A stretch of DNA of 62,182 nt, counting the filler, from Sphacelaria rigidula (Eukaryota): the NCBI GenBank assembly GCA_964200075.2. It is 6 parts of 6 records of this genome, joined end to end, with 100 filler letters (N's around TTAATTAATTAA, not from the genome) between each part and the next. Parts side by side here need not be neighbours in the genome. Positions count along the whole stretch, not along the records: positions 41,523 to 51,802 come from CAXNAA020006801.1; positions 51,903 to 62,182 come from CAXNAA020006802.1; 4 more parts are not named here. One strand, 5' to 3'. Under the pieces are notes generated by a model. That model had not been told where the DNA came from. It did not search any database and saw only the letters and a list, made by a program, of their open reading frames with translations. Position numbers and translations under genes: made by a program. Below, piece after piece: positions 51,001 through 62,182 of the stretch. Each line of letters opens with the position of its first letter. Positions within the stretch are counted from its first letter, which is position 1.

Positions 51001-51350
51001 GTTCTCGAGCTGTTCTCTCAGAATCGACCGGAAGCATTTTCTCCGTGATCCGGGCACCTAAGACTTCCATCCGCACTTGATTGCTCACCTGAGAAAATCG
51101 GGAGAAACGACGGTATCTTGGTACTCGGTATGGGTCGACGTCTCAAATACCGCATCTCAAGTCACGGTGGTGTCATGCGCCCGGAAAGCTGGCGTTCATT
51201 ATCACCACGGATTCACCCAAAGAAGAGCAAGTCTATCAAGTTTTTTCATCTACATACAGGGAGCCCCCACTGGGCATGAGTCCATAGGTGGCTCAACTAG
51301 ACATCTGACCTCAATAGACCACAACCCAGAGATACCGTCGGCGGGATGAC
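45100..51350 (-). pseudogene. Near full-length decayed ZNFX1-like gene threaded through the RING gene introns
   Basis: VPLRSG (~50715), KVL...LPHFEDLII (~50220), KIQPANGIGH (I, ~50010), TQHAL...IIICGGGSKS (Ia, ~49400-49545), HNFVSSLF..SHMRNNISK (~48760-48830) | exon | LVEIHQGF, CGQ, RTIDS, AIFGDTRRL...W | exon | CKYR*EQTC...QCIQRC, GHLCE, CARSLVC..PCPG | exon | CNFFKKCLD, RZ-like HVCWTCRMCG (~45200). Confidence 0.7.
46267..48669 (+). CDS. RING-finger protein with MIU-like ubiquitin-binding helices; exons 46267-46369, 47158-47325, 47965-48669 (5' exon not located)
   Basis: (C)PECLKELLDRESRCPVC is the second half of a RING domain. DEEFARKLAAE and DEMMARKLRQE resemble MIU motifs. GT/AG sites are phase-compatible. 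Confidence 0.85.
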
Positions 51351-51802
51351 TACCAACTTTGCCTACATCCTTTTGAGATTCGCCACGGTGATGTCACGTC
51401 CGACCCGATGAGGGTTCCAGGGTGCTGCAATACTATAGCAGAGTTTGATGAGACCTGGAATGAGCCGGAGAAGGAGAGGTCGGCCACTGGAGTAGGGTCG
51501 AACTATGCCCCCTTGACGAAACACCGGGGCTCAAGGACGCGATCTAGGCGGGTTAAATAAACACTCTGACGTGTCTGTTGCGAACGAACTGGGAAAATAC
51601 ATCAACATTTGGGACGTTCGAGGCTGTTATGGGCATCTGACTAAACGGTGGACGTTGAGAAAAGATCAGATAGTGAGCAATACAAATAGCACGAGGAGAG
51701 CAAAGTGAGACGGCACACCGATCGTGTATAACAACAAATTGTGCGAATTGAGGTTTAACTTCGAGATGAGGCTCAAGCCTTAAACAGTGCTTTCCCCACA
51801 CT

Positions 51803-51902
51803 NNNNNNNNNNNNNNNNNNNNNNNNNNNNNNNNNNNNNNNNNNNNTTAATTAATTAANNNNNNNNNNNNNNNNNNNNNNNNNNNNNNNNNNNNNNNNNN
51901 NN
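51803..51902. other. Artificial contig linker
   Basis: N-TTAATTAATTAA-N. Confidence 0.99.
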
Positions 51903-53450
51903 TCTCGACGGATTTACATAACGCCTCACCCCTGACTGCGGTACTAGCCAGTCCCGCAATCAGCCCTCCGGGCGCGTAAGTCGTTTTGAATCGACGGCCC
52001 ATCATCGTACTACCCTTATCCACCACGCCGCGCCGCGATCCGTTACAATGGGCGATATGTCGTATTCCAGCTGTACGTTGTTCGGGTTATGTTCCAGTCG
52101 GATTTTGCAGTACGGTAGTACACCCCGGCCGGTTAATCGTTTTTCGCTACCTAGCAAGCCGAATAACAAAGCTATCAGCGACCACCTGGAGACATTTCGC
52201 TTGCAAACAAGTAACGAACACCCTTCTGCACGTGAAAGTGAGTCCCTGTTTGACCTTATGATGCAGTGCTGGTCGGACTCAAGGCTCTGTTAGCCACGAG
52301 TTCGAGGGTCACTCCTCTCGACTGCGATCGTCCATTGCGGCCAGCCGCTGGCTTCGTGCCACCCCAGGCTTGGTATGTTTCTTGAGAGTGATACCCGTAT
52401 CACCTCGTGGTCAGAGCACAACGCTGTAGTGGACAAGCGCGCTGGCACAGTGTCGGCAACACGGAAACGCTAGCAGTACTTCATAGTCGCATCGTTGTGG
52501 AGCTGCGCTGTTTCGCGATGTGTCTGCATATGGTGTAGTGCAACAATCGTGCTTTCTGTTTAGCTTGGGGTCTTCTACGCACCGATCACGTGTTTTTAGG
52601 TACCGACACTTTACATGCCTGTGAGTTTCTGGAAGAAACCATCGAGCTGAACAGAACAGAGCTGTGACACACAGTTGTCTCGTGTGCTCGATACTTCCAG
52701 CGGCAAAGTGGCACTGTAAGTACATCGTGTCGTGCCCCCATTTTACACGGCCCTGCGCGTTCACGGCGTGGTCACCCTCACACACCATCGCTGCAACAGA
52801 ATGCTGCAGACAGCATGCGGCCGCCTGTACACGAGCTTGCACCGGAAAACGAGCAAAGTTTGAACATTCTGTTCATGCCTCTCAGTGCAGTGCACATCCT
52901 CCCATAGCAGGTCTGGATGTTACAACGTGCTTCTTAGGTAGGAGGTGAATGCTGTCGACCCACTACTAGAGAATGGAGTATCACGAGGCGGAAGTATTCG
53001 TGCATGCGTGCGTAACTGGCGCTATCGGCAGTCGTGTGTATTGGGTGCCGGGAGGAATTGCGAGACCGTAATCCGCGTTTATCACTTAGGTGTGTACTTT
53101 GACAGAAAACAGCTCCTGTTAGATCTGGTGCCCCGGTACCTACCCATATCAGCCAGGTACGTGATCGCATGGTGTTTGCACTGTACTATGTGCGATGGCA
53201 GCCTGTTTGCGCTGTCTGCATTGTACCAACGAACTCTGAGCGCACGCACAGGACTGCTCGAGCAATTGTTCGGATCATTCTTTGTGGGTCCGGATGAATT
53301 ACTGACCAACATACGGAGCATTTGTGCTGGAGGCACCCTGGGGGCGAAAAATGGTCTACGCCCAGCAATGACGAATGGCCCCTGGTATGATTTGATTGAT
53401 ATGCGGCATTGTGAAAAGTCATTTGCTTCGATCAAGTCGTTTTGGATTCG
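51903..53450 (+). pseudogene. Decayed ZNFX1-like C-terminal fragment
   Basis: PIIVLPL, SATTWRH...CLTL*C, followed by Cys/His-rich CRQHAAACTRACTGKR..HASQCSAHP and ECCRP...VVCIGC. Confidence 0.5.
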
Positions 53451-54339
53451 CCTCCGCTACTCGTCACAACATGTCGCCACTTCACTGGTGTATTCATATC
53501 GGCCTACAATTCGACACATCATATCTACTCGACAAGCGGTATCTTCACTTCACGTCATGGGGGCAACGTACCTTCACTTCACTTCACTTCATGAGGCAAC
53601 CTATCGTCACTTCACTGCGGTTGCATCGTGGCTTCTTCACGTCAGCAAATTCGGGGCAACCAGTGCCGTTGCTCGGCAGCAGTAGACATAACAATTGTGT
53701 ACGATATTATATGCGGGGCTCACGCCTTGATTTTGTTTTGTCCGCCCTTCAACTACTGTAGTGTTTCGTCGCGTTTGATTCCTCCCTTTACAGTGACTTA
53801 TGGTTCTATTTAATTTAATTTGTTTTCTACTACTTCCGTCTTTTTGGGGGGAAGTTTGGGAATAATTTCATGGATTTCATTTGTTTTTGCACAACGAACC
53901 CTATTTAGTTAGTTGATGGGATATTTGATTTGTTAGGCCATGTCATGTTTTCCCGTTTTTTCCCTCTTCTGTTACACCGGTGTCTCCTATCCTTGTATGC
54001 CTCTTTCGCTACAGTACTTTTGAAAGCAGCACCTTCGATGCTGCACATAAACATCAGACGGGTCCGCACTAACACTACATTCTCCCGTCCACCCCTGCCG
54101 CTTTTGCTGTTCGATTTTGCTCGCTACGAACGCACCTGCGCAATGCTACGACTCATATCATGGTCGTCGGTGTCGCACCATACCATGTCGATGACCGGGG
54201 ACTTCCTCCCTCATCGCCATTTCGCATGTGCGGACACCCACGTGTGTCTTATTACCATTCTTATTATATTTTTCCCTCACTACCTATTCATGTTTCACTG
54301 CCTCCTCACGTTATCACATACCGCCCGTCGACGATTGAT

Positions 54340-57300
54340 AGAGATGTCTGCTCCCAACAACCATAACGATAACCACGGTAGCAGCACCAACACCGCTTCT
54401 GCAAACAATCTCTAGGGCAGCGACCCCCGCCGCCCATCAGCGGGTCGAGCGGGTGATCCAGGGGTTGCTGCGCCCCGTCACCCCTATCACCTACGCAGCG
54501 GCGTGCCCCCCGACATCCAGGGGAACGGCAGTGGCGGTGGCGCTGCCGGGGATCTCGACCCCCGGGCGCCCTCCCCCAGCACCGTGCACCACAGAAGCCA
54601 CAAGGATCTCGACCGTCGCTCCCCATCTCCACACCACAGGTAGGACAACCGGGACACCAGGCTCTCGACTTCCCGCTCTCGGAGCCGCCACCGCTCTCGT
54701 TCCCCATCACGGGCAGAGCGCCCTTCTCGCTCTCGCTCCCGCCGCCACCGCTACCGCCACCGCTCCCGCTCTCGCTCCCGCTCTCGGTCTCGCCGCCGCC
54801 GCTACCGCCGAAACTCTCGCTCGCCATCCCGCAGCAGGCGTCAACACTATGCCTTTAGGTGGGGATCCCGGGAACGTCACCACCACCGGGAGGAGCCCAG
54901 GTCGTACCAGCAGCAGGCGGATGCCGGGTGGCTAAGGAGCAATGCTACGGTAGGGGTGCACTTTTTTCGCGAAATTTTGTCTGGTTCAGGGGCTCCTAAC
55001 GATTCTNNNNNNNNNNTACGGGTCAGGGCATCCTCGTTTGCAGATTTATTCGGGATATCCCCAGCACAATGGAATAGTAATCCTGGCGTACTCTCGTATA
55101 TTTTTATAAGTCGTGTTTTGGATGAGATCAGGGGCTCCTAACAATTCCAATCTTAGAAATTATTTTTGTACCCCTACCGTAGCATCACTCTAAGTCGCTG
55201 GGGTTATGAAGCACCAGGAGCAGCAGCTGGAGCTGCGGTTCAAGGTCTGGAATCTAACCAGCTAGCGAAAGTGGACGAACGGGTACGTAGGCGTATTACG
55301 CGCGGTCGACCATGCCCAGTGTACGCAGGACCAAGTGCGGGGGAACTATCGGTTCACGGGTGGCCACTGTTGTGCCTGCAACCTCAAATTTGACGTTACA
55401 GGCCCGCCAGTGGCCACCCGTGTTGTCAACAGCGCTGTCGTGCTGCAACACCGCTGCGTGCAATGGACCAGGGAGCCTTGAACATACCGGAGGATGAATA
55501 CGTCAACGGTAAGTGGATGACACAGATAGATCAGTACTCCGCCCGCCGGTGCGAATTTCTAATCGAGCTGCTGGTAGAAACTAGTGGTACGTTCACGTCC
55601 CTAACCCCGGCGGATCGAGTAGACGTTTATCGTATCACGGGCGAAACCGATACCGTCTCACATGAATCCGTTACTATCACCGACTAGCTACGGATCCTCG
55701 TCCGTGAGGAAGTGATGACAAACGGGGCCACTAAGTTCATACACGCTGCACTCGACTCCACCACCTTAGCACCCACCGAGTCGTGGAGTGTGGGAGCGGA
55801 ACGGGTGTTGCTAGCATTTCGCGCGAGTTTAGCAAACCCGGACCGACCATATAGTACCGAAGCCACGTATTTTTGGCGATTCATCTCCGCCTGGCAGCTA
55901 AGCGAGCTTTGCGATCATACTATCCGAGTCGTTTTACCTAACCCTGTTGATAGACTAGGCCTAATGTCAATCCTCCATGAAAAAACACACGCAATCTGGG
56001 CCAGGCTGCAGCCTCTGAGGAGCGAGTGGCACAATCCAATGGGGTTAGCAATGTAAAGAAGGGGAGACGTAGACAAGAGTCTGTACAAGGACTTCATTTG
56101 CATCGTGTGCGCCCGCAACGTGACATATAGCGATGATAGCCACGCTCGCCCCCAAACGCGTACTATCAACCGCGGCGCGGGACCTGACATATTATTTTCA
56201 CTTGAGGAAGTAAGGAACTTGCTACAGTCGCCCCCGGAGGTCGCCGCAATGCTCCAGCAAGCTAACCCGGGGTCACCTTCCTTCCCCTAAGTGCCACCCG
56301 CCCTGTCAGCCGCGACTACGTCCTCAAGACCCCAGGCGTTAGCTGGCCACCACTCGGCAGCACCTTCCATCGCGGCGTTCAACAACCACCTAGCGGCCTC
56401 ACCGGGCTCACACGGCGTGTCCTTCATGCAGCAAGGTTCGACGCCCATTAACCCCGGTCCTCGCATCACGACTCCAGGTCATGCCGCTGCACCCGGCGCG
56501 GTAGATTTGCAGCACTAACCCCCGGCACCGCTGTCTGGGAGCGCTTCGACGTCACCGACACCCGCCGCATCCACCCAGCCAGTTGGGCCGGCCTCGACTC
56601 CCGAGCCATCCATACCTCCGATTGCGGCGGGACGCGACGCAGTGGTCACCTTCTTACGTGATCGTAAAATTTGCTTCGGTGACGCAGTCACGCTCGTGCC
56701 GTCACCGGGGCAACACCTCTTGTCCATGGATGCACAGTATCATCCCGGCTGCACACTACAGCGGCCTAATGGCCCGCCGCAAGACGGCCATTCCCCAACG
56801 CCGGCTAGCCGCGCTCACGGAGGCACAATACTTGGCAGCAATCGACCACCTGGGTCTCATCGGCGAAGACGACGACGACGACGTCGAGGATATGCTGAGC
56901 GCATCCATGAGCGAGGCCGCCGTTGGCGACACTCGAGCCGACGCGTGAAGACGCGCCCCAGGTGCAATTGACCTGGGGAACTTACGCCGGCCCAGCGCAA
57001 CCACAATATCCCAGGGTCACGGAAGCCAACTTTGGGTGACGGGCGAGATCTGGCACAGACGGCGTCTCCGTCGGCCGTGGCCGACACAAGTGTTGTTGGA
57101 CACGGGAGCGGGAGGTGGTAACTATATGTCAGGAGCGTTGTGGCGCAGCTTGCGCAGCTTGCGCAAGGCCAACATCTTCGACGATACGCCAAACCCTGAG
57201 GCGGCAGGTGTTCTCTGTGCAGCTAACCCATCCCAGAATGAGGTCCCCCCAATGCGCATAGCCGGTTTCGTAACTGTGCCCTTGCTTTTAACCTCCGACT

Positions 57301-59330
57301 CACGGGTCCGTAATGTAACAGTACGAGTAGTGGAGGGCCTGCCCTACGGCTTCATTAGGTGCAGATTATTTCCGGTACAATAACAGTATTCTAGATTTCG
57401 CTCCAGGAAAAGGGTTCCGCCCCTCGCCAGCGGCGCCGTGGATTCCGTTCCTGACGAGCGAGAATCCTATCTACCATATTCAAGATATATTAGTAGCTCT
57501 GAACACCACGACGAAAACCACCGCCTCCCTAGCTGCGCCCGCTTGTTCATCCATCCACAACTACCCCAGCTACCGTGACATAGCTTGGGGAGACGACAGC
57601 ACCCTAGAGTGGAAGCTGCGCTTGGTCGGACAAACGATCATGCTCAGCGGCTTCGTCAGCGCCGCGGTAGAAACAGCCGCGATCGGTCCTCAACCACAGG
57701 ATAGGAAGCTTGTGCTTGTACTCCCACAGGCAAAGTTCGATATGGACAGGGGGCAAGAGGCGGGGATCGCGAAGGGAATGTCGTGGTGGCAGACGGGGCC
57801 GCCGGTGTACTGCAAACTTGTAAATATAAGTAAGGAGCAGGTAGCGGTGAAGCCTACTGGCACTGTCGCGCGCATGATAGCACTGAATGTACGCGACCCC
57901 GCCAGATTTCACCCATTGTTTGATCCACATCCGTCTACGATAGATCCCCCCGTGGACCCCCGATCCCGCACCTCACGTCCGGACAGCAGTTGCTCGGCCC
58001 AACCAAACCCCAAGGTCAACGTGACGGGCACCAACATGGGCCAGCTTGGAGCAGCGGAAAAGAGAGAGCTGGTAGACACGCTGCTGAGCTTTATCGAAGC
58101 TGGGTTGTTCCCCACAGACCCCAAGCGGGTTCCCGCTTGTATCAACGGTGAGCTCGAACTCCTCCTCACTAATGAGTAATGTACGCCATTCGCAGCTAAG
58201 CAACGCCTATTTCCCCCGGAGGAACGTCACATGATCCGCGAAGAGATGCACAAGCTTCTTCATCGCGAGATCATCCGACCCTCGACCCCCCCGTGGGCAG
58301 CCCAATACCTATGCGTGAAAAAAAGGACGGCACCTTGCGCTTGTGCATTGGTTGGCGTGAACTGAATAAACTCTTAGTGTCTGACAGCGGGGGTCTCGGG
58401 GATATGCAATCCATTTTCGACGGCCTCAAAGGTAAACGGTACTTCACCCAACTCGACCTGACCTCCGGTTTTCACCAAATCGAGATCGCGGAGAAAGACC
58501 GCTTTGAAATGGCGTTCCGAGATGCAGATGGCCTCTTATACGAGTTTACACGAGCAGGCTTTGGTCTAATAATCCTATCCGCCGCGTTTACCCGTCCGGT
58601 AAAATGTACGGTAGGACAGTTGGATGGGGTGTTCATCTGGATTGACGATATCCTTATCGCGACCACATCCCGGGACGAGCATCTAGCTCTGCTCGTGATC
58701 GTGTTACAACGCTTGTTGGTCGTGGGGTTCTCGGTGAACTTCGCCAAGTGTATTTTTGCATCGGCGTCGCAAGCGTTTCTGGGCATGCTGGTAGATAGCA
58801 GTGGCCTTCAACCCGCGCCATCCAAGCTCGCCGCCATCGCCGAGATGCCCAGACTATCCATCGGCGAGGAACTACGTACTTTCTTCGGCCTCACAGGGTA
58901 CCTGCGCCAGTTCGTTGAGAAATACAGCCTAGTAGCCGCCCCACTAACCGACCTGCTCCGCAACAAAGATTTCGCACCCAAGCGAGCACAAAAGCTGTCC
59001 ATTAGGTGGAATACCGAGCAGGAGGAGGCGTTCCAAGCCCTCAAAGCAGTCTTGTCCTCGCCGAAGGTACTAGCCTTCCCCGATCCCAACAACGCGTTTG
59101 TACTGCAGACAGACGCAAGCGAGGTTGGTGCTGGAGTGGTGCTGCTGCAGCCGGTGGGGTGCGAAAGACGCATCGTATCATTTGGCAGCTATCGATTCTC
59201 TCGCAACGACTCGCGCGGGGCACCCACAGCACGAGAGTGCACGGCTGTCTTGTGGGCTGTCCAACACTATAGACCATACTTAGGTGGAACAAAGTTCACG
59301 TTGATCACTGACTCAAACGTGGACAGATAG
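54340..59330 (+). mobile_element. Decayed Ty3/Gypsy LTR retrotransposon (gag-like, protease, RT, RNase H; truncated before integrase)
   Basis: VLLDTGAG protease (~57090); KKDGTLRLCI..R.LNK, LDLTSGFHQI, WIDDILI in RT; LQTDASEVGAG..REC.AVLWAV..YRPYL....FTLITD in RNase H. Several frameshifts and stops. Confidence 0.93.
58293..59330 (+). pseudogene. Gypsy reverse transcriptase-RNase H ORF remnant
   Basis: 345-aa ORF with RT and RNase H motifs, frameshifted at its 5' end. Confidence 0.92.
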
Positions 59331-60779
59331 CACCCTGTGGGGCGCACTGTGCAGGGTCCGTACAGGGTCCTTCACGGTGTTTGTGAAGAACCCTGACAGT
59401 GAAGAGGCAAATCTGTACCTCTCGTAGCGTTGTGATAGGGTTTTCCCCAGGGTTGAATTTTCAGCCCTGTGTAGGCACGTTGGCAAAACCCTGCACACTT
59501 CCATTATTTTTTTTCAATTCCATTTTGTTTTTCAAATCCATTTTGTTTTTTAATTCCAACTTATTTGGTACAAAATCTGTAAATTAATATGTTTTAAGTA
59601 GCTGATCCTGCTGTCCGAGACAAATTACTTTTTGCCCCATTCAAATCTGGCAAAAAGGAATATATATCTCGGACAGCAGGAGAAGCTCTTCAAAACAGAT
59701 CCTTTTCTCCCCCAATTTATTTGGGCAAAAAACGGATTTATTTTGAACAGGAGAAGAAGATATTCAAAATAGATCCTTTTTTCGAACAGCTTTTTCTCCT
59801 GCGCAAATTCCATGCACGCTGGCAGATTTGGAATTTGAACAGCAGAAGAAGCTCGAAATAAATCTTCACTTTACCCCCCGATTCATCCGAAATTGGGGAA
59901 AAAGAGATTTATTGCGAACAGCGTCAGCTGGGCATCTCCCGCATACTGCACCATTACCAGCGTATAGGATCCGACACGCAGAAAAATTGTTGAAAGTATT
60001 TCATCCTTTTGCCCCCCAGTCCATGTATACAAGGGCTAAAGAATGAATAACTCTCAACAGTTTTCGATGAACAGAGATCCCACACACTGGTTACGTGTGT
60101 ATGTCCACACGCCTGTGCTTCAAGCGAACCAGGCGTGAAGATGCTGGATGAACGGTGTATACCTCGCATATCAATTTACATACTTCATAAAAAAAAACGT
60201 GATCCAGTGTCTACCAACACAAACCGTGTTTCGAAAACGTCATTCAATCAAAAATCGCACCTTTATTGGGACCCCAGCAATCTTATACTCCCTCTGAGCG
60301 GATTGATGAGCATGGTTCGGAAACACGGAATATAAGCAAGGTTGGTATGATATGGCCCAAAACTGGTCATCTGGGCACTGTGGACCATCGGACAACGTTT
60401 GTATATGATCAGGTACCACATTGGAAAAAACGAAAAAAACCCGATGAGGTTGGGGGGGGGATTGTGCGTATAGACCTATGTCACTCAAGATTAGACCTCT
60501 GTCACTCAAGATCAGATTGCCATGTGAACTCCTCCCATCACGGGCACATGGACTTCAGCAGCTTTAGTTGTTTATGCATTAACCCTCAGCATAGTAGAGG
60601 AGAACAGGACCATATAGCCTCTCTCCACCAGAGTGACAAACCCAAGCCTACTCGCCATGGAGGTCACCGTCACAGAGTCCGGCAATCAGACCCGCAACTC
60701 CACCTACAATGTCCCTGACCTTAGGTAACAATGGTGGCTAGGTCTACAGCACTCCCAAAGCTCTCTACTACCAACGAGT

Positions 60780-61800
60780 AGTTACATCAGAGCTTGACAA
60801 ATTCAGACATCATTGGTGCCTGATAGTACCGTCGTTTCCCGCAAAGAAATGTCATAATCTCTTCGCTGCTTTTGACAACAGCTCCATACAAGCTTGCCCC
60901 ACTTTCGAACAACTCGCAAGAGATTCCGAGAAAATATCGTCCATCATGAACATGCAATCACGCTACTTGCACCACTTCGAGTTACCAAGCGATAGCTAGC
61001 GCCAAGGTCTCAAATCTTCGCCCAAAACAAGTCTCTTCGACTCTTCATCGGCACGAAACCGAAAATGTCAGCGAACGTCAAATCCCAGAGCATTCGCGAC
61101 TCACCGCCTCTCTCGTCCGAGACAAGGTTCTTCTCAATAAACAAGTACGTTCAACATTTGCGCAACGGAGTGCAATAGCTAGATGATACATCATCGTCAC
61201 GCTAGAAGGAAATAATGCACCCGACACGTCCAAAACGCACCTGACCTCTTGCTTCTGCAACACCATAAAAAACGTATGCATCGCATGCCTCCTCGCCGTC
61301 AAAGCTCCAATACTTCAACTTGCCTTCGTTTCATGAAGACAATCAAAGGAAAGCCATGGCTCAAACCGCTTTTCAAGTCATGCATACAAATCCAACGACG
61401 GCAAACGGACCTCGACCTCCGCCATCATTCATCACCCGTGGTACTATCGTTCTCAAACTCTTATTTTCGAGCAAATCCCAGACATTTCTATATTTCGTTT
61501 GGATCTTGGACCATCATATCCCATCCGTGCATCAGCCAAAATGTAAAAATAATTATTCCCTCGACACTCTTGCAGTCCACCTGCACCAGTTCTTCGAACA
61601 AATGGACGCATCATCCACATGCTCCTTCTGACATGAACGAAAACTCAACGGTGTACTCGTTCAAACACGTGACAATCCATACAAAAACATGCCACGGTCA
61701 AAGATCATTGATGCATGCGCGCATAATGTCTTTATCTTCAACCAACGGAAGGACTCGCGTCATACCTGCTCACATACGACGAACCTACGCATTTCGTACC
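60780..61800 (+). pseudogene. Heavily decayed Gypsy integrase with possible chromodomain
   Basis: RYLHHFELPSDS (cf. HGLP..IxSD), IGTKPKMSA..KSQ (cf. GTKLKMSTAxHPQ), LNKQVR..F...LEGNNA, IFRLDL, YSFKHV..H; spread over several frames. Confidence 0.5.
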
Positions 61801-62182
61801 TTTCAGCTCATTTTCACGCTAACAGCAGCAATCCATGTATCCTGCACTCAGTACGTGCAAACCGCACAAATATGATTCGACTGTGTTCCTGCGCGAACAA
61901 AATTATACGAGCTTCACTTCATTTAGCATACAGCAGTATATTGAAAACTGCCCCACCCTAGGTCGTCACCAGATACTATTCATATCGGTACCATTCGAGC
62001 AAACATTCGCACATGCCTGCCAGAATTCCACTCAGCATATGAAAATCCGCACAAGCATGCCATTATTTCACTCAGCATATGCAATGCCACCTTCCTCGCA
62101 GCAAACACCATGCATCATCCGTGCCAACCAGATCAGTGCAACACACACATGCCAAATACCCACGTGTACGCCAGAGTTTTAC

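Noticed and set aside
10282-51902. TTAATTAATTAA recurring every ~10.38 kb
   Set aside because: Assembly linker flanked by Ns; neighbouring contigs are not physically linked, so no cross-contig synteny was inferred.
61249-61875. 208-aa ORF as a functional gene
   Set aside because: No coherent domain; it overlaps a multi-frame integrase relic.
1-62182. Fanzor/TnpB, giant-virus insertion, rRNA
   Set aside because: No RuvC motifs, viral core genes or rRNA sequence were recognised.

Overview
Eukaryotic, intron-rich genomic DNA, probably a brown alga/Phaeophyceae (inferred from gene structure and SINE/MITE style). The window is six unrelated ~10.28-kb contigs joined by artificial N-TTAATTAATTAA-N linkers. 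Host genes found: eIF5A (partial), a TPR protein, the first exon of a signal-peptide GNAT-like protein, five exons of an unknown helical protein, and three exons of a RING + MIU protein. Mobile DNA: a truncated DIRS/Ngaro-type tyrosine-recombinase retroelement, a decayed Ty3/Gypsy element, an older Gypsy integrase relic, several MITE families and tRNA-derived SINEs. Main observation, made by eye across frames and needing HMM/tBLASTn confirmation: in all five host genes, the introns and flanks appear to be consecutive pieces of a decayed ZNFX1-like SF1 helicase/NF-X1/RZ-finger gene. That gene always lies on the antisense strand and continues in motif order across the intact host exons. This suggests an undescribed element that replaces introns or interleaves with exons.
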